A stretch of DNA of 64,000 bases from Octopus vulgaris (GCA_951406725.2 OX597817.1:10044001-10108000); one strand, 5' to 3'. Positions 50,282-64,000 are shown, numbered from the stretch's first letter. Numbers and translations: made by a program. Notes: generated by a model from the sequence alone, not told the origin.

Positions 50282-53069
50282 TTATTGTAGGTAGGTAGAA
50301 ACGTAGGTACGTAGGGAAGGAGGAAGGGATAGGAGAGGTGCTAGTGAGTCAGAAATAGATGAACGTAGATTATCAAAGATTTCAATATATGTGTACTTTT
50401 CTACATAATGGTTGAGAGTGAAGGGAATTTTAGTTGCTGCCTCTACCAGCTCGGCAGAGAGGCTGCTTTGGTGCTTAGTTCCAGAAAACTAATATTTTAC
50501 TATAGTGTTGGAAGAACTAACTGAAATATCCCCTAAAGGCCTGGTATACAACCCTTCAATCTAGAACAGAATGATGGAGGTCTATGTAGCTTGTTCGAAT
50601 ATAAAAATAAAGGCCATCAATGAATTTTAGCTCGAGATCCAAAACGTAGGCGGCAAATAACTACTAAACGCCGCCATTTTAGTTTGTGTATTAAATTTTA
50701 AAATGTTTTCGATTTAATTTATTAAAAGCAATGTATTTCTGAAGAGGATTTTCTAATTAACTGATGTTCTTTGAATTAAATAATTATTAGTTAATAATAA
50801 TAGCAAATTATTAATTTTAAAAATCGAAACGATCCTTCGAAGATCGACAGATTTTTTTTATGGATTGGCTTGTTAAGCCTGCTTTATTTGTGATGTAGCT
50901 TTTAATTCATCCTGTTACATGTTACACATGCACAGCTAAAACATGTTGGAAATATATGTAAGTTTCCCGCTGGACCTAAAAAAGGAAAATTATACAAATA
51001 CAAAGGTTAAGTATGAAACTGCTTCCAATAAAGAATCTACTTTTACTTGGTTAATGGTGATATGTAATGTATAATTTTCGGAGGAAGTATCCATATACAT
51101 AATAGCAACGTCAAGAAATATTAAAATTAAATTGATGATAATGCTGAACTGTGTAAATGGGTCATGCCTACACATATATCTATTTATATTATTTTTGCTC
51201 ATGGCTTATATTACTGTTCGGCTCTTATGTCATGTGGTGGCTGTTTTTCACGGATTTTACCTTTTAGCCATTGAACTAATAAATTGAAACAATATATATC
51301 ACTGTCACTCATGAGTAATATTCCTCTATTATAGATTAAGTTCGTTAAGTAGTGTATGAGCACAACATACAACAGTTGTGATAATACATTAAAGTCATTA
51401 TGCTGTAGAGTTTCGTTCATCAGGTTCTTATATCAGCAATATTATAGAGTTGAAATACTTTTTAGACGAGTTTAGTACTTGAACCCCTGCATCCTAGGTT
51501 ATAATATATTACAGATCTAATCTTGAGGGCTGATAAAATAATATACCGATGAAATTCTGAGTATCTGATTCTGGGTGTCCCTTTCCTGTGAAACTCTGGG
51601 TACCCTTTTCTCTTAAATGAAGGATACATTATATATATATATATATATATACTGATTCTGGCGAGAATATGTTTGATCACACTTGCTCCCTTTGAAAACA
51701 AGAAGAAAACAATAGTAAGTGAAAATGGCAAAATATATTGTCTCACTTTTGTAGCAGAAGGTCCCTAATTATGGAAAGTTGATTATAATTTCTCCAGCCA
51801 TTGTAGTATCATTATTTTATAACAGTAGTTTAACATAAGTTTTTTATGGTAGTGTCATGTGACAAAACCTGGTGGTTATGTAATGAAAGTTGTTTCCTAT
51901 GGCTGTCTTTTCAGTAAAGTCAAGTTTGCTTCCACTCCGTTACTACACAATAATACCAAAAGAGTTGGTCCAACTGGTTTAGTTGTTTAAGAAGAGAACA
52001 TATGGTAATTACTTATTAAATACGATAGAAATATGAAGAAATACGTAAGAGAAATAGGTAATTTTGCACTATGTTTATCTTTTAAATAGTACCGAAGCAT
52101 TTTAAATTAATCTCTATATAAAGATGCTTGTAAAGTCAAATGGGGTGGATAAGCAGGGTGGGGGAAACACTGGAGAAATAACTTGCGCTATCAAGCTGAG
52201 CTTCCATTTTCTGAATACAAGGTGAGGCTGATTATAACTTTATTGCCCTGACCGAGAACATAACTGCAATTCAAATATTAAGTTCACCAGCTTCAAAAGC
52301 TGAACCTTTGTGCTTATTGCCAAAAAAAATTTTAAACTATGTTTTCATAAAAACCAATTACAGACAATGACTGCCTTTTATAACCACATTTGTATTACGA
52401 TCCAGTGAGAGGAGTTCTGCTTGTTAAGAATGACAGCTAAATATTTCTAAAATCAGAAAGCAGTGTCTAAAACGAGAAAGATTAATTAGGCAACGCAGCT
52501 CTCGACAGACTATGTCTGAATGAAGGAGGACATATTCAAAGATGGAACGCCATTGATAATAGAGTTCAGCTGAGGTTAAATACCGACATATGAATTAGGC
52601 TAACTAACCATTAAAGAGATAATGTATGTGATGTGACTAGAACATTTCAGTCACTTTCGACCTACTAAAACCAACAAACACGTCTTTAAGCGCTCAATCA
52701 TGTATAATACACGGTTACATTATATCAGAATGGCGAGCATATAGAAATGGTCAAGTCTGTGCTTGAAGTCAAACTTGTAGCCAACAAGCCTTGAATATCT
52801 AAACTATACATTCACAGAAGTTTCTTTATAAATAGGCGCATTCAAAATAGGTGGCATTTGAAATAATCGTAGGTTTGTTAATATTCATCAAAGTCTAGTC
52901 TAATTAGGAATCAAATATCCAGTGGTAGATAGCTTCGATTATGTTTCATTATTCATACAGATTATGTATATATGCAATTTAACACAGAACCGAGTACGTG
53001 TCGTATGCACACGCAGGAACACACACTTATTAATATGTGTATTTGTGTGAGTGTGTATATCATCATTCA

Positions 53070-53335
53070 TTATTGTTCGACCGTAGTCGAGACAATGGAA
53101 TTTACCATGCTACGCCAGGCTTCACGGTCCATCATGGCATTACGGAGGTCCTGTTGCTAGATGCCTGTATCCCTGGAGTTTACATCAGGGTAGGAGAGTG
53201 TGCGCCCACTGGTATTGCGAGTAGATGGCTTCCAGAGGAGAAGAGTAGAAATTACCTCTTTTTCAGCTCTACAACAATGTCCAGCAAACTGGACTCTCTT
53301 ACCTTTCACAAGAGATGACACAGGTGGTAGTTTCC
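53070..53335 (-). pseudogene. RTE-like LINE 3' end
   Basis: LPPVSSLVKGKRVQFAGHCCRAEKEVISTLLLWKP...DLRNAMMDREAWRSMV. Confidence 0.8.
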
Positions 53336-53854
53336 CATATATATGCATGTATGTGTGTATATGCATATGTGCGTGCGTGTGTGTGTGTTTGTGTTGTGTG
53401 TGTAAAGAATGGAGCTGTTTTTTTAAAAAAGTAAGCTTTAATATATGCATTGAGAAAAACACACATTACATACGTTTGTTACATAGACTTGTTACAACGA
53501 ATCTATATTGCCAGGATATGTTTTGATGAAAGTTTATTTCCAGAGGCAGTATATTTTGTGAACAATTAATGTAGCATGCATTACTTACACAAAATATAAA
53601 TGTAGTTAAGATATGTCCTATAGATAAAATATCTTACTCTGACGCCAATATCTCACAATATATACGTCATATTCAATATACTCCTATTGTATATATTTCT
53701 CGTGGTTCATAGGAGAGTTTCCATATAAAATATATTACAATAATATTCATATACTAAAATATAAGTGTTTAGAATACATTTTCAAAAGATAATAGCCATT
53801 TCAAACACTGCACATATGTACAACGTACAGTTAACATTCGTTTCATAATTTTGC

Positions 53855-54432
53855 CAGCTGGCAGAAACGTTAGAACGCCAGACGAAATGTGTAGCCGTAT
53901 TTCGTCTGCCTTTACGTTCTGAGTTCAAATTCCGCCGAGGTCGACTCTGCCTTTTTATCCTTTCGGGGTCGATAAATTAAATACCAGTTACGCAATGGGT
54001 TCGATATAATCACCTTAATCCGTTTGTCTGTCCTTGTTTGTTCTCTCTGTGTATAGCCCCTTGTGGGTAGTAAAGAAATAGGTATTTCGTCTGCCGCTAC
54101 GTTGTGAGTTCAAATTCCGCCGAGGTATACTTTGCCTTTCATTCTTTCGGGGTCGATAAATAGAGTACTAGTTACGCACTGGGGTCGATGTAATCGACTT
54201 AATCCCTTTGTCTGTCCTTGTTTGTCCCCTCTATGTTTAGCCCGTTGTGGGCAATAAAGAAATAAGTATTTCGTCTGTCTTTACGTTCTGAGTTCAAATT
54301 CCACCGAGGTCGGCTCTGCCTTTTATACTTTCGAGGTCGATAAATTAAGAACCAGTTGCGTACTGGGGTCGATCTAATCGACTGCCCTCCTCTCCCAAAA
54401 TTTCGGGCCCTGTGCCAAGATTAGAAAAGAAT
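53855..54432 (+). mobile_element. SINE family B tandem trimer
   Basis: Units at about 53855-54080, 54081-54263 and 54264-54432; the later units restart at gtatttcgtctg. Confidence 0.9.
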
Positions 54433-54543
54433 TTTGACGTTTCTCTAATAAGACTTCCTTATAAGTGAAATGCCCATATAACTAGATCTTATGGTATATA
54501 CATCGCATTTAATTAAAACCTACCATTATAACACTTTTATTTA

Positions 54544-54748
54544 TTTACTTGTTTCAGTCACTTGACTGCGGCCATGCTGGAGCACCGCATTTTAGTCGAG
54601 CAAATCGACCCCAGGACTTATTCTTTGTAAGCCCAGTACTTATTCTATCGGTCTCTTTTTGCCGAACCGCTAAGTGACGGGACGTAAACACACCAGCATC
54701 GGTTGTCAAGCAATGCTAGGGGGACAAACACAGACACACAAACACATG

Positions 54749-54780
<32 letters not shown>

Positions 54781-54944
54781 CGACAGGCTTCTTTCAGTTT
54801 CCGTCTACCAAATCCACTCACAAGGCATTGGTTCGGCCCGGGGCTATAGCAGAAGACACTTGCCCAAGATGCCACGCAGTGGGACTGAACCCGGAACCAT
54901 GTGGTTGGTTAGCAAGCTACTTACCACACAGCCACTCCTGCGCC
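54544..54944 (-). mobile_element. SINE family A, full length
   Basis: Reverse complement of the consensus. Confidence 0.95.
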
Positions 54945-55151
54945 TATTTATTTATCTATTTAGTTATTTATTTGTTGAGAAGTGTTTCAAGTCAGATTTT
55001 TCATGACCATCCACTCTTTATTTGTGCAAATTTAGCTTAGCACAGAAGACACAAACATTGCTTCGTATTCAAGTCCCGAAAAGAATCTGAACGTGTAGCC
55101 GTCTTCGTTAGTTCTACTATTTGGACTACATGTTTCGAAACACAAAAACAA

Positions 55152-55553
55152 AGGAGTGGCTGTGTGGTAAGTAGCTTGCTAACCAACCACATGGTTCCGG
55201 GTTCAGGTCCTACTGTGTGGCATCTTGGGGCAAGTGTCTTCTGCTATAGCACCGGGCCGACCAAATCCTTGTGAGTGGATTTGGTAGACGGAAACTGAAG
55301 GAAACCTGTCGTATATATATATATATATGTGTGTGTATGTGTATGTGTTTGTCCCCCTAGCATTGCTTGACAACCGATGCTGGTGTGTTTACGTCCCCGT
55401 AACTTAGCGGTTCGGCAAAAAGAGACCGATAGAATAAGTACTGGTCTTACAAAGAATAAGTCCCGGGGTCGATTTACTCGACTAAAGGCGGTGCTCCAGC
55501 ATGGCCGCAGTCAAATGACTGAAACAGAGTAAAAGAGTAAAAGAGTAAAGAGT
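55152..55553 (+). mobile_element. SINE family A, near full length
   Basis: Consensus match with an (AAGAGTA)n tail. Confidence 0.95.
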
Positions 55554-56176
55554 ATATATATATAAAAAATGCAAGACTTAATATATATGCATATGAATAA
55601 TTTAGCAGGACAGAATATATGTATGCGTGTGTTTGTGTGTTTGTGTGCGCGTGCTTGTCTGTGTATATGCATGTATGTATAATCAATAAATTTCTTAATT
55701 TTTCCGATTGTATGTTTGCCAGTGCATTGATATATTTATGTTCACTCACTCTCGCTGAATAATTCTATTGCTTGTCCCCCCTCTCCTCACACTCTCTCGT
55801 TAATATACTCACACATACATACACAAACGCACACACCTACACAAAACATATGTCGGTATACGTTCACGTATAAGTGAGCATACATACATGTATATATATA
55901 TATATATAACAGTACACATGTTGATAGCTGTAAGAGCTCATACATTTATGTATCCATTAACGTTTGAGCATGCGTATATATACTATGCATCGCTGTATAT
56001 GTGTAGTTAAATGTAGGCATATAATTTGGCTATTGTAAACCAGATGGCATGCACATATTCCTCTTATATTCCTTGCTGTTATTTTTATTTTTCATACTTG
56101 TATTGGCTATATAATTGCTTATAATATCCGGTATTCTATGACTGCGCTTTGAGAACTGATTGGTAGTCGCCCGCAT

Positions 56177-56735
<559 letters not shown>

Positions 56736-57161
56736 ATACCTGCTTCATTATTACATTTTTTTTGTTTTTTTTTATTCGTATATTCATCATTCTGTTATAG
56801 TTGTTCTCCACAGTTGGCTTGTGTTTTGTCGAACTAATTGCTAGACAGCACTCTGCAGCCGTTCCATGTTACTCAAGGCATTCATTTATCATCGGTCGTT
56901 TATTTACATTATTATAGCCATTACGTCGAAAGTACTATCGAGTAAAGGGATGTTCCTGATAAAAAAAAAAAAAACCTATTCGCTATTTGGTCTTGCTTTT
57001 CGCTTTAAAGATATTTCCCTTTAATTATATTACAAAATGTCCTTGGGGAAAATGTTGGTACGTCAATACTCCCCCCCTCTTTTCTTTCTCTTTTCGCATA
57101 ACTTTCCATCGTTTGTCATACCTGAAGGACATTAACATCCCTTGAAACTATGAAGCATTTG

Positions 57162-57162
<1 letters not shown>

Positions 57163-57224
<62 letters not shown>

Positions 57225-57239
57225 TGAGTTTGTATGTAT

Positions 57240-57318
<79 letters not shown>

Positions 57319-57323
57319 TATAG

Positions 57324-57374
<51 letters not shown>

Positions 57375-57378
57375 AGAG

Positions 57379-57411
<33 letters not shown>

Positions 57412-57495
57412 TACATATAGATATATATACATATAGATATAGATATATACATATAGATATATGTATATATATGTGTTTGTGTGTGTGTGTGTGTG
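57163..57495. repeat. Compound (TG)/(TA)/(GA)/(GATA) microsatellite
   Basis: Direct inspection. Confidence 0.97.
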
Positions 57496-57841
57496 CATTA
57501 TAAGGAGGAATTCATTAGGCTTCTCAAACTCTTCATCCCATTGAAGTGAGACAGAAATAATCCTTTGTAGCAATGTGATTTTCGTACACCTGCTTTCTCC
57601 TCTAAAATACTAATTGAGTGGCATGTCAGGATAAAACTAAAATGTATAACTGTTTTGAATCTGTGAAAAGCTGTGATTTTATGATGTGTGAGAGTTCTTT
57701 CCTTGGATAAAATCTCCGAAACAAGTCCAGCAATCTTAAATCTGGTTAAGATTTCATGAGAATAATACAATACAATAAACAATCATTAAACATAACGTAG
57801 AAATAAAACCTTCAAATGACAGTCTTTTATTACGACACCAT

Positions 57842-58067
57842 ACTCCTTACTCTTAACTCTTTTACTCTTTTACTTGATTCAGTCATTTGACTGCGGCCAT
57901 GTTGGAGCACCGCCTTTAGTCGAGCAAATCGACCCCGGGACTTATTCTTTTGTAAGCCCAGTACTTATTCTATCGGTCTCTTTTTGCCGAACCGCCAAGT
58001 GACGGGGACGTAAACACACCAGCATCGGTTGTCAAGCAATGCTAGGGGGACAAACACAGACACACAA

Positions 58068-58112
<45 letters not shown>

Positions 58113-58277
58113 TACGACAGGCTTCTTTCAGTTTCCGTCAACCAAATCCACTCACAAGGCATTGGTCGGCCCGCGGCTACAGCAGAAGACACTTGCCCAA
58201 GATGCCACGCAGTGGGACCGAACCCGGCACCATGTGGTTGGTTAGCAAGCTACTTACCACACAGCCACTCCTGCGCC
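57842..58277 (-). mobile_element. SINE family A, full length
   Basis: Reverse complement of the consensus. Confidence 0.95.
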
Positions 58278-58415
58278 TATATCTATGAAATTTATACATT
58301 ACATTTCAAAGGCCAGGTTCTTTCTCTCATTTTCTCTCCCCCGCCCTCTCTCTCTCTCCAAGTCAGGAAATACTTCAATCCTGATCAGTTCCTAATCTTC
58401 AGCAAAAGATTCGTG

Positions 58416-60370
58416 CAGTGATCCCCAACATTTTCTATGTGCCCCATCCAGGACATTTCTGTACTCCCTATATAAATAGTATCACAGACACAGATTAAAA
58501 GGAGTTTATTTCTAATAACTAATTCATCTTTTTAATTGAACTCCATTTGGTATTGAGGATGAACACACTGAATTCATAACTTAGACTTTTAACTCAGGGC
58601 ATAAAAATGCTAATGTAACTTGAGCAATGAGTAAAATCTGTAGATAGTGAAATCACTGTCGAAAATGAACATAAAATTGAATAATTTCGTTTTTCTCGGC
58701 TCTCATTCCTGATTTTATCAACACGTGGAACTTCCATACTGATTTACGTTCTTCTGATGTCCTTGTGGATTCAGGCGATTCCTAGATTTTGTGTTGATTG
58801 ACAAAATGGAACCTAATCCAGATTCACACAGAAATGTCGCTCCAAATACGATGGTGACTGATTTCCTGGCCATAATCTCTTAAGAGTTATATCTTCATGC
58901 GTAGAATAATAGTAAAATTTTTGGCATAATCCGTAAAGCAAAGTTACTTTAAGTGTTACTTAGTGATTATTTTCTGAAAAACGAATTAACAATGCACTTT
59001 CTTTCTCTGTCGCAACCCTTGCAATGCTATCTCGCAATAATTCTCTACGCGGAAAATGTAAACACACCTAATTAGTACTCCCTACGTTTGAGTGTTGTTA
59101 AAATATCTTACACTCCACTGCAGCAGCACACAAAAATCTTAGACTACACCCATTGAGAATGTCGAATTAACTGATAAATGATTCTTTGCACAAATATCTA
59201 CAAAAAGTAGCTCTCAAACAAACTTTTCTTCTCTTTGTCTTTTTGTAGCGCGTGTATAATGTTCTTTTTTGCTAAGAGGTTGCTAAAGTATCAGCTCGGT
59301 TCAAATTCATGCGGCATAACCTTCTCTCTTTTAATCCTCCTTAAAGAGCCTCATCATTTAAAACCTACACTAAACGCTATGTGCAACATTTTTTTTCCAA
59401 GAATTACATTTAAAATCCATCCTTATCCATGTTTTCGAACCAGGCATCAGACTACAGAATTTCACGTTCACCCCCATTTTATACCCATAAAATTCATTAA
59501 AAAATATATCAATTTTGTGTGGTTGTGTTTGCGGAGAACGCTTACGAAAAGATTTGTAACTACAACTGATTAACTAAAAGGGAAAACTGGATTCTCCTTT
59601 AAGAATTTTTATGTATCTAACTCCAGTTGGAAGATATGGGACCAAATGTTTGCTTTGAGAAATTCCAATACTGTTATACTCTTAGTTTGTTCTTTAACAG
59701 TTGCAGCTGATAATTTTATTTATTTTGTTCTTAGTATGGTATTTTGATGTGAGAACGAAACTGTGATGAAATACATTAAAGTGCAAGCATCAGTCATTTT
59801 AAGTATATCTAGGACTACATTGTCCAATGTGTCTTTTCATTTTCAAAATATGTTGTGATTTGAAGCAGAATTGGCTATTGTTTCCATTGTACTGAACGAT
59901 AACTTAGAGGTTTTAGAACAATATCACAAGACTCATTTTCAATTTCATCATATAATCCTAGATTTTTCGAAGTCTTGGCAATGTGCTTCCTGCATATATT
60001 CTCATACCACAAGTATAATACTGTTATTAGTGATTCAAATGTCTGACTATTCGAACGTCTTAGAATATTCACATTACTGACGAGTTACGTAATAAAGAAA
60101 CACAATGTACAGATGTAACAATAACAGAAGCCACTCATATGTTGTAATATAAATTTTATTTGTTGTAGTCAATGCTGAACATTCTACATCGTTACCTCTG
60201 TTAGGTGTATATATGTTTGTCACTGCACTTTTGATGGCATGAATATCAAGGAAATGTCTGTAGAATACGTCTGGAAAATTTCTTACATCACGTAAACATA
60301 ACGATGTAAGAAATTTGAAAAGCTGAACGCGAAATCGGTAATTTCTTCTAAACTATGTCATTGTAAGGAA
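58416..60370 (-). mobile_element. Decayed hAT transposon (Charlie/Buster-like transposase pseudogene)
   Basis: Minus-strand FGATFLCESGLGSILSINTKSRNRLNP (about 58770-58850) matches the hAT dimerisation motif F.TTYLCE.GFS....KTK.RNRL, and KPLSYRSVQ resembles PLSNNTV. TIR-like cagtgatccccaacatttt at 58416; the other TIR was not found. Confidence 0.8.
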
Positions 60371-60496
60371 AAAAAAATTATAACATTCGTCAGACATATT
60401 GACTCAAATATATATTTTTTAACCTTTTAAAACAAGCCTTCTGTAGTTTTTTCACTTTTTACTATTTTTTATATATATACATATATATATATATAA

Positions 60497-60912
60497 GGCG
60501 CAGGAGTGGCTGTGTGGTAAGTAGCTTGCTAACCAACCACATGGTTCCGGGTTCAGTCCCACTGCGTGGCATCTTGGGCAAGTGTCTTCTGCTATAGCCC
60601 CGGGCCGACCAATGCCTTGTGAGTGGATTTGGTAGGCGGAAACTGAAAGAAGCCTGTCGTATATATGTATATATATATATATATATAAGTGTGTGTGTAT
60701 GTGTTTGTGTCTGTGTTTGTCCCCCTAGTATTGCTTGACAACCGATGCTGGTGTGTTTACGTCCCCGTCAATTAGCGGTTCGGCAAAAGAGACCGATAGA
60801 ATAAGTACTGGGCTTACAAAGAATAAGTTCCGGGGTCGATTTGGTCGACTAAAGGCGGTGCACCAGCATGGCCGCAGTCAAATGACTGAAACAAGTAAAA
60901 GAGTAAAAGAGT
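60497..60912 (+). mobile_element. SINE family A, full length
   Basis: Consensus match; lies within (TA)n. Confidence 0.95.
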
Positions 60913-60923
60913 ATATATATATA

Positions 60924-61039
<116 letters not shown>

Positions 61040-61069
61040 TATATATATATATACACGCGCACACACGAT

Positions 61070-61205
61070 ATGCTTCGTTCAGTTTCCTTCTACCAAGTAC
61101 CTGAGGCTATAGTAGAGAACACCTGAACATGTGTCACGCAGTAGAACTGAACCCAAAACCATAGAGTTGGGACGCAAGCTTCTTACCACACAGCTATGCC
61201 TTCGT
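61070..61205 (-). mobile_element. SINE family A, degenerate 5' part
   Basis: gcaagcttcttaccacacagc and actgaaccc motifs. Confidence 0.65.
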
Positions 61206-61398
61206 CTATATTTAATTTTTTGTATAATTTTGATGTGTAATAGATGCGAGCATATGATCCATGAGATTTATTCCTCATTCACATAATAACCAAAACATAC
61301 AATCACATAACACACACACAAAGTTACGTAAATAGACAGACAGATAGATAGAAAAATAGATAGATAGATAGATAGATAGATAGATTGATAGATAGATT

Positions 61399-61456
<58 letters not shown>

Positions 61457-61554
61457 GTTACACACACACACAAAACACGCACACCCGCATGCACACACGT
61501 ACTCACACACACATACATACATACACACACATAGATAAATACAGTTTATATATA

Positions 61555-61750
61555 CATAGTTAAGCCAAACATGAAAAGACAACAGCGCGAGTACGTGGAA
61601 CAAGTATAGTGTTATTGGACGCTCAGGAAAGGAAAGAAAGGAGGATTTAACGTTTCGAGCGGCGCTCTTCATCAGAAACATAGGAAAAGGAAAGATCCAA
61701 GGAAGGGAAGACGGAGGAAAAAATCGCCAACGGTACACGCGGTCACATTC
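61555..61750 (-). mobile_element. Penelope-like terminal fragment containing a hammerhead motif
   Basis: Pyrimidine-rich minus strand around a hammerhead at 61645-61679, with the same architecture as 850-1010; flanked by TA/CA repeats. Confidence 0.6.
61645..61679 (-). ncRNA. Minimal type-I hammerhead ribozyme motif
   Basis: GUUU CUGAUGA A GAGC-GCC-GCUC GAAAC GUU AAAU: intact core, palindromic ACGU, short stem I. Confidence 0.72.
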
Positions 61751-62139
61751 ATACATACGTATATACACACACGCACGCACACACACACGCACACACACAC
61801 ACACACATACTATTTATGCATACGAAGTTGTCACTATCTTCAATTATGATTATATATCTATGTGTGTGTGTGTATACACTTGTTCACTTACATATAAATA
61901 TATGTATATATATACATGATCGCTCATTCATACCCCCAATCACCAAATTGATTAGGCTTCGAAACTCTGATGACTTCTGACCAATATCTGATGAGGGGAT
62001 TAGCGTATCCACGTCCTTTGTGTACTTTTGTCTTCTGTATAATATTTCGTCATCTGTCCGTGCCACATTTTTACTGTTCATATATATATAAAATATATAA
62101 TATAGACATACATATGTACATATATATATATTAAGTACA

Positions 62140-62333
62140 CGTGCTGGAGGACCGCCTTTAGTCGAACAAATTGACTGTAGGACTTATTCTTTGTAAGCCT
62201 AGAACTTATTCTATCGGTTCCTTTTGCCGAACCGCTTGTTTACGAAAACGTAAGCACGCTAACGTCGGTTGTTAAGCGACACACAGTCACGCAAACATAT
62301 ATGTGTGTGTGTGTATATATACGACGGGCTTCT

Positions 62334-62335
<2 letters not shown>
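62140..62335 (-). mobile_element. SINE family A, 3' part
   Basis: accgcctttagtcga...ttattctatcgg...tttgccgaaccgct. Confidence 0.75.
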
Positions 62336-62419
<84 letters not shown>

Positions 62420-62440
62420 CAGACAGACAGACAGACAGAC

Positions 62441-62510
<70 letters not shown>

Positions 62511-62547
62511 GTAGGTAGGTAGATAGATAGATAGGTAGATAGATAGG

Positions 62548-62632
<85 letters not shown>
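62336..62632. repeat. (GATA)n/(GACA)n microsatellite
   Basis: Direct inspection. Confidence 0.98.
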
Positions 62633-62714
62633 GTGCGCACGTATGCATGTATGCATAAATGTATGTATCTAAGTAGTTTTTTTTTTCTTAATATTGTGAA
62701 GGAATTATATAAGG

Positions 62715-62748
<34 letters not shown>

Positions 62749-63209
62749 GTAGGTTTCAGTAAATCAGTGAATCGCTGTTGAGCATGTCGTCAATTCGAAT
62801 GACTGTTGTCGGTTTGATAAGTGTGAAATAGTGTAAATAGCTGTCGAGAAAACAGTGTACTGATATGTGCCAGTGTGTCATTGACGTCATGCAATCCAAC
62901 AGACTCACTAACAGCCTTCTTGGTCAGTCAGTCTGTCTGTCTTTCGATGGAACAACCTGTCTTATGACCAAGACCTCTCCTGTAATATCTGTCGAGGTGA
63001 CAATTCGCTGCGCAGGGTCTATGCAATTTAACTGATTCAGTATACCCTGATTTAATTGTACCCAGTATACTCTCGTCACTCGTGTACTAGTCTCTCTAGC
63101 AACTCCTTTTGTTCGCTTTCATTGTTCGTTCGTTCGTTCGTTCGTTCGTTCGTTCTTTCGTTTCTCGGTTCGTTCGCTATGATTTATCGATTGATGGCTT
63201 TAGCGGCCA

Positions 63210-63473
63210 TTACTGCTGCCACTGTTGCTGCTGCTGCTGCTGCTGTTGATGTTGCTGCTGCTGCTGCTGCAGATAATTTTTACCGCTACTGCTACAGCTG
63301 CTGCTCTCACCACAACCACCACAACTACCACCACCATCATCATCATCATCATCATCACCGGCACCACCACTCATCGTCACAACAATCACTACCGCCACCT
63401 CTACAGCAATCACCACTACCAACACTCTGCCACCACCACTACCATTACTACTACTACCACCACCACCACCACC

Positions 63474-63514
<41 letters not shown>

Positions 63515-63536
63515 CACTACCACCACCACCACCACC

Positions 63537-63603
<67 letters not shown>

Positions 63604-63618
63604 GTACTACTACTACTT
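63210..63618. repeat. Compound (CTG)/(CAC)/(CAT)/(ACT) trinucleotide tract
   Basis: Direct inspection; it generates the spurious 182-235 aa ORFs. Confidence 0.95.
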
Positions 63619-63827
63619 TGTTTCAGTTCTGCTACCCCTGCCACTGTCTTGTTGCCGCAGCTGTTACTGTTACCATTGTTTTCCTTTTTGTTGTTTGTTG
63701 TTGCTGTTGTTGCCGAAAACACGACCACCGTGCCTCTTACAACTCTTCCTACCCCTATGTGTGTGCGTGCGTGCGTGTGTGTACACATGTGTGTATATAT
63801 ATATATATGTGTGTATATATATATGTG

Positions 63828-63873
<46 letters not shown>

Positions 63874-64000
63874 TATACACACACACATACACACATACAT
63901 ACAAACACACATATACATACACAAACGTATAATGCGTATATATATATGTATATGTGTGTGTGTGTGTGTGTATACCTATATGTGTCTGTACATAATTGTA

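Noticed and set aside
50739-50835. CTGAAGA...GAAAC hammerhead-like spacing
   Set aside because: No stem I complementarity; pairing in AT-rich sequence is likely chance.
50990-51746. Three short hydrophobic minus-strand ORFs as a possible receptor gene
   Set aside because: No recognisable motif and frames are disconnected; composition is as expected for AT-rich non-coding DNA.
55050-55150. Partial CGAAACATGTA-GTCC hammerhead half on the minus strand
   Set aside because: The upstream CUGANGA half is absent (SINE junction), so it cannot be supported.
61958-62020. Two CTGATGA motifs in a Penelope-looking island
   Set aside because: No downstream GAAA or closing stems; at best a deleted remnant.

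Overview
This is AT-rich, repeat-dense animal genomic DNA; the SINE families and microsatellite load strongly suggest an octopod cephalopod (inference). I cannot support any intact host protein-coding exon, and nearly all ORFs in the track are translated microsatellites or SINEs. The window is intergenic or intronic. It holds three tRNA-derived SINE families (about 35 copies or fragments), decayed LINEs (R4/Dong-like, RTE, L1/Tx1-like), a decayed Tc1/mariner element, a decayed hAT (Charlie/Buster-like) transposase, two non-autonomous Helitrons and a Merlin-like MITE. The most interesting signal is five dispersed type-I hammerhead-ribozyme motifs (933-970, 4275-4333, 10481-10568, 20358-20450, 61645-61679) in short Penelope-like, (TA)n-embedded elements. 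One has a fully canonical core, and another has an inverted terminal copy that starts at the predicted cleavage site. Also notable are a 92-bp near-perfect hairpin in unique DNA, a SINE-LINE pair sharing a 3' tail, tandem SINE multimers and (TAA)n-associated insertions.
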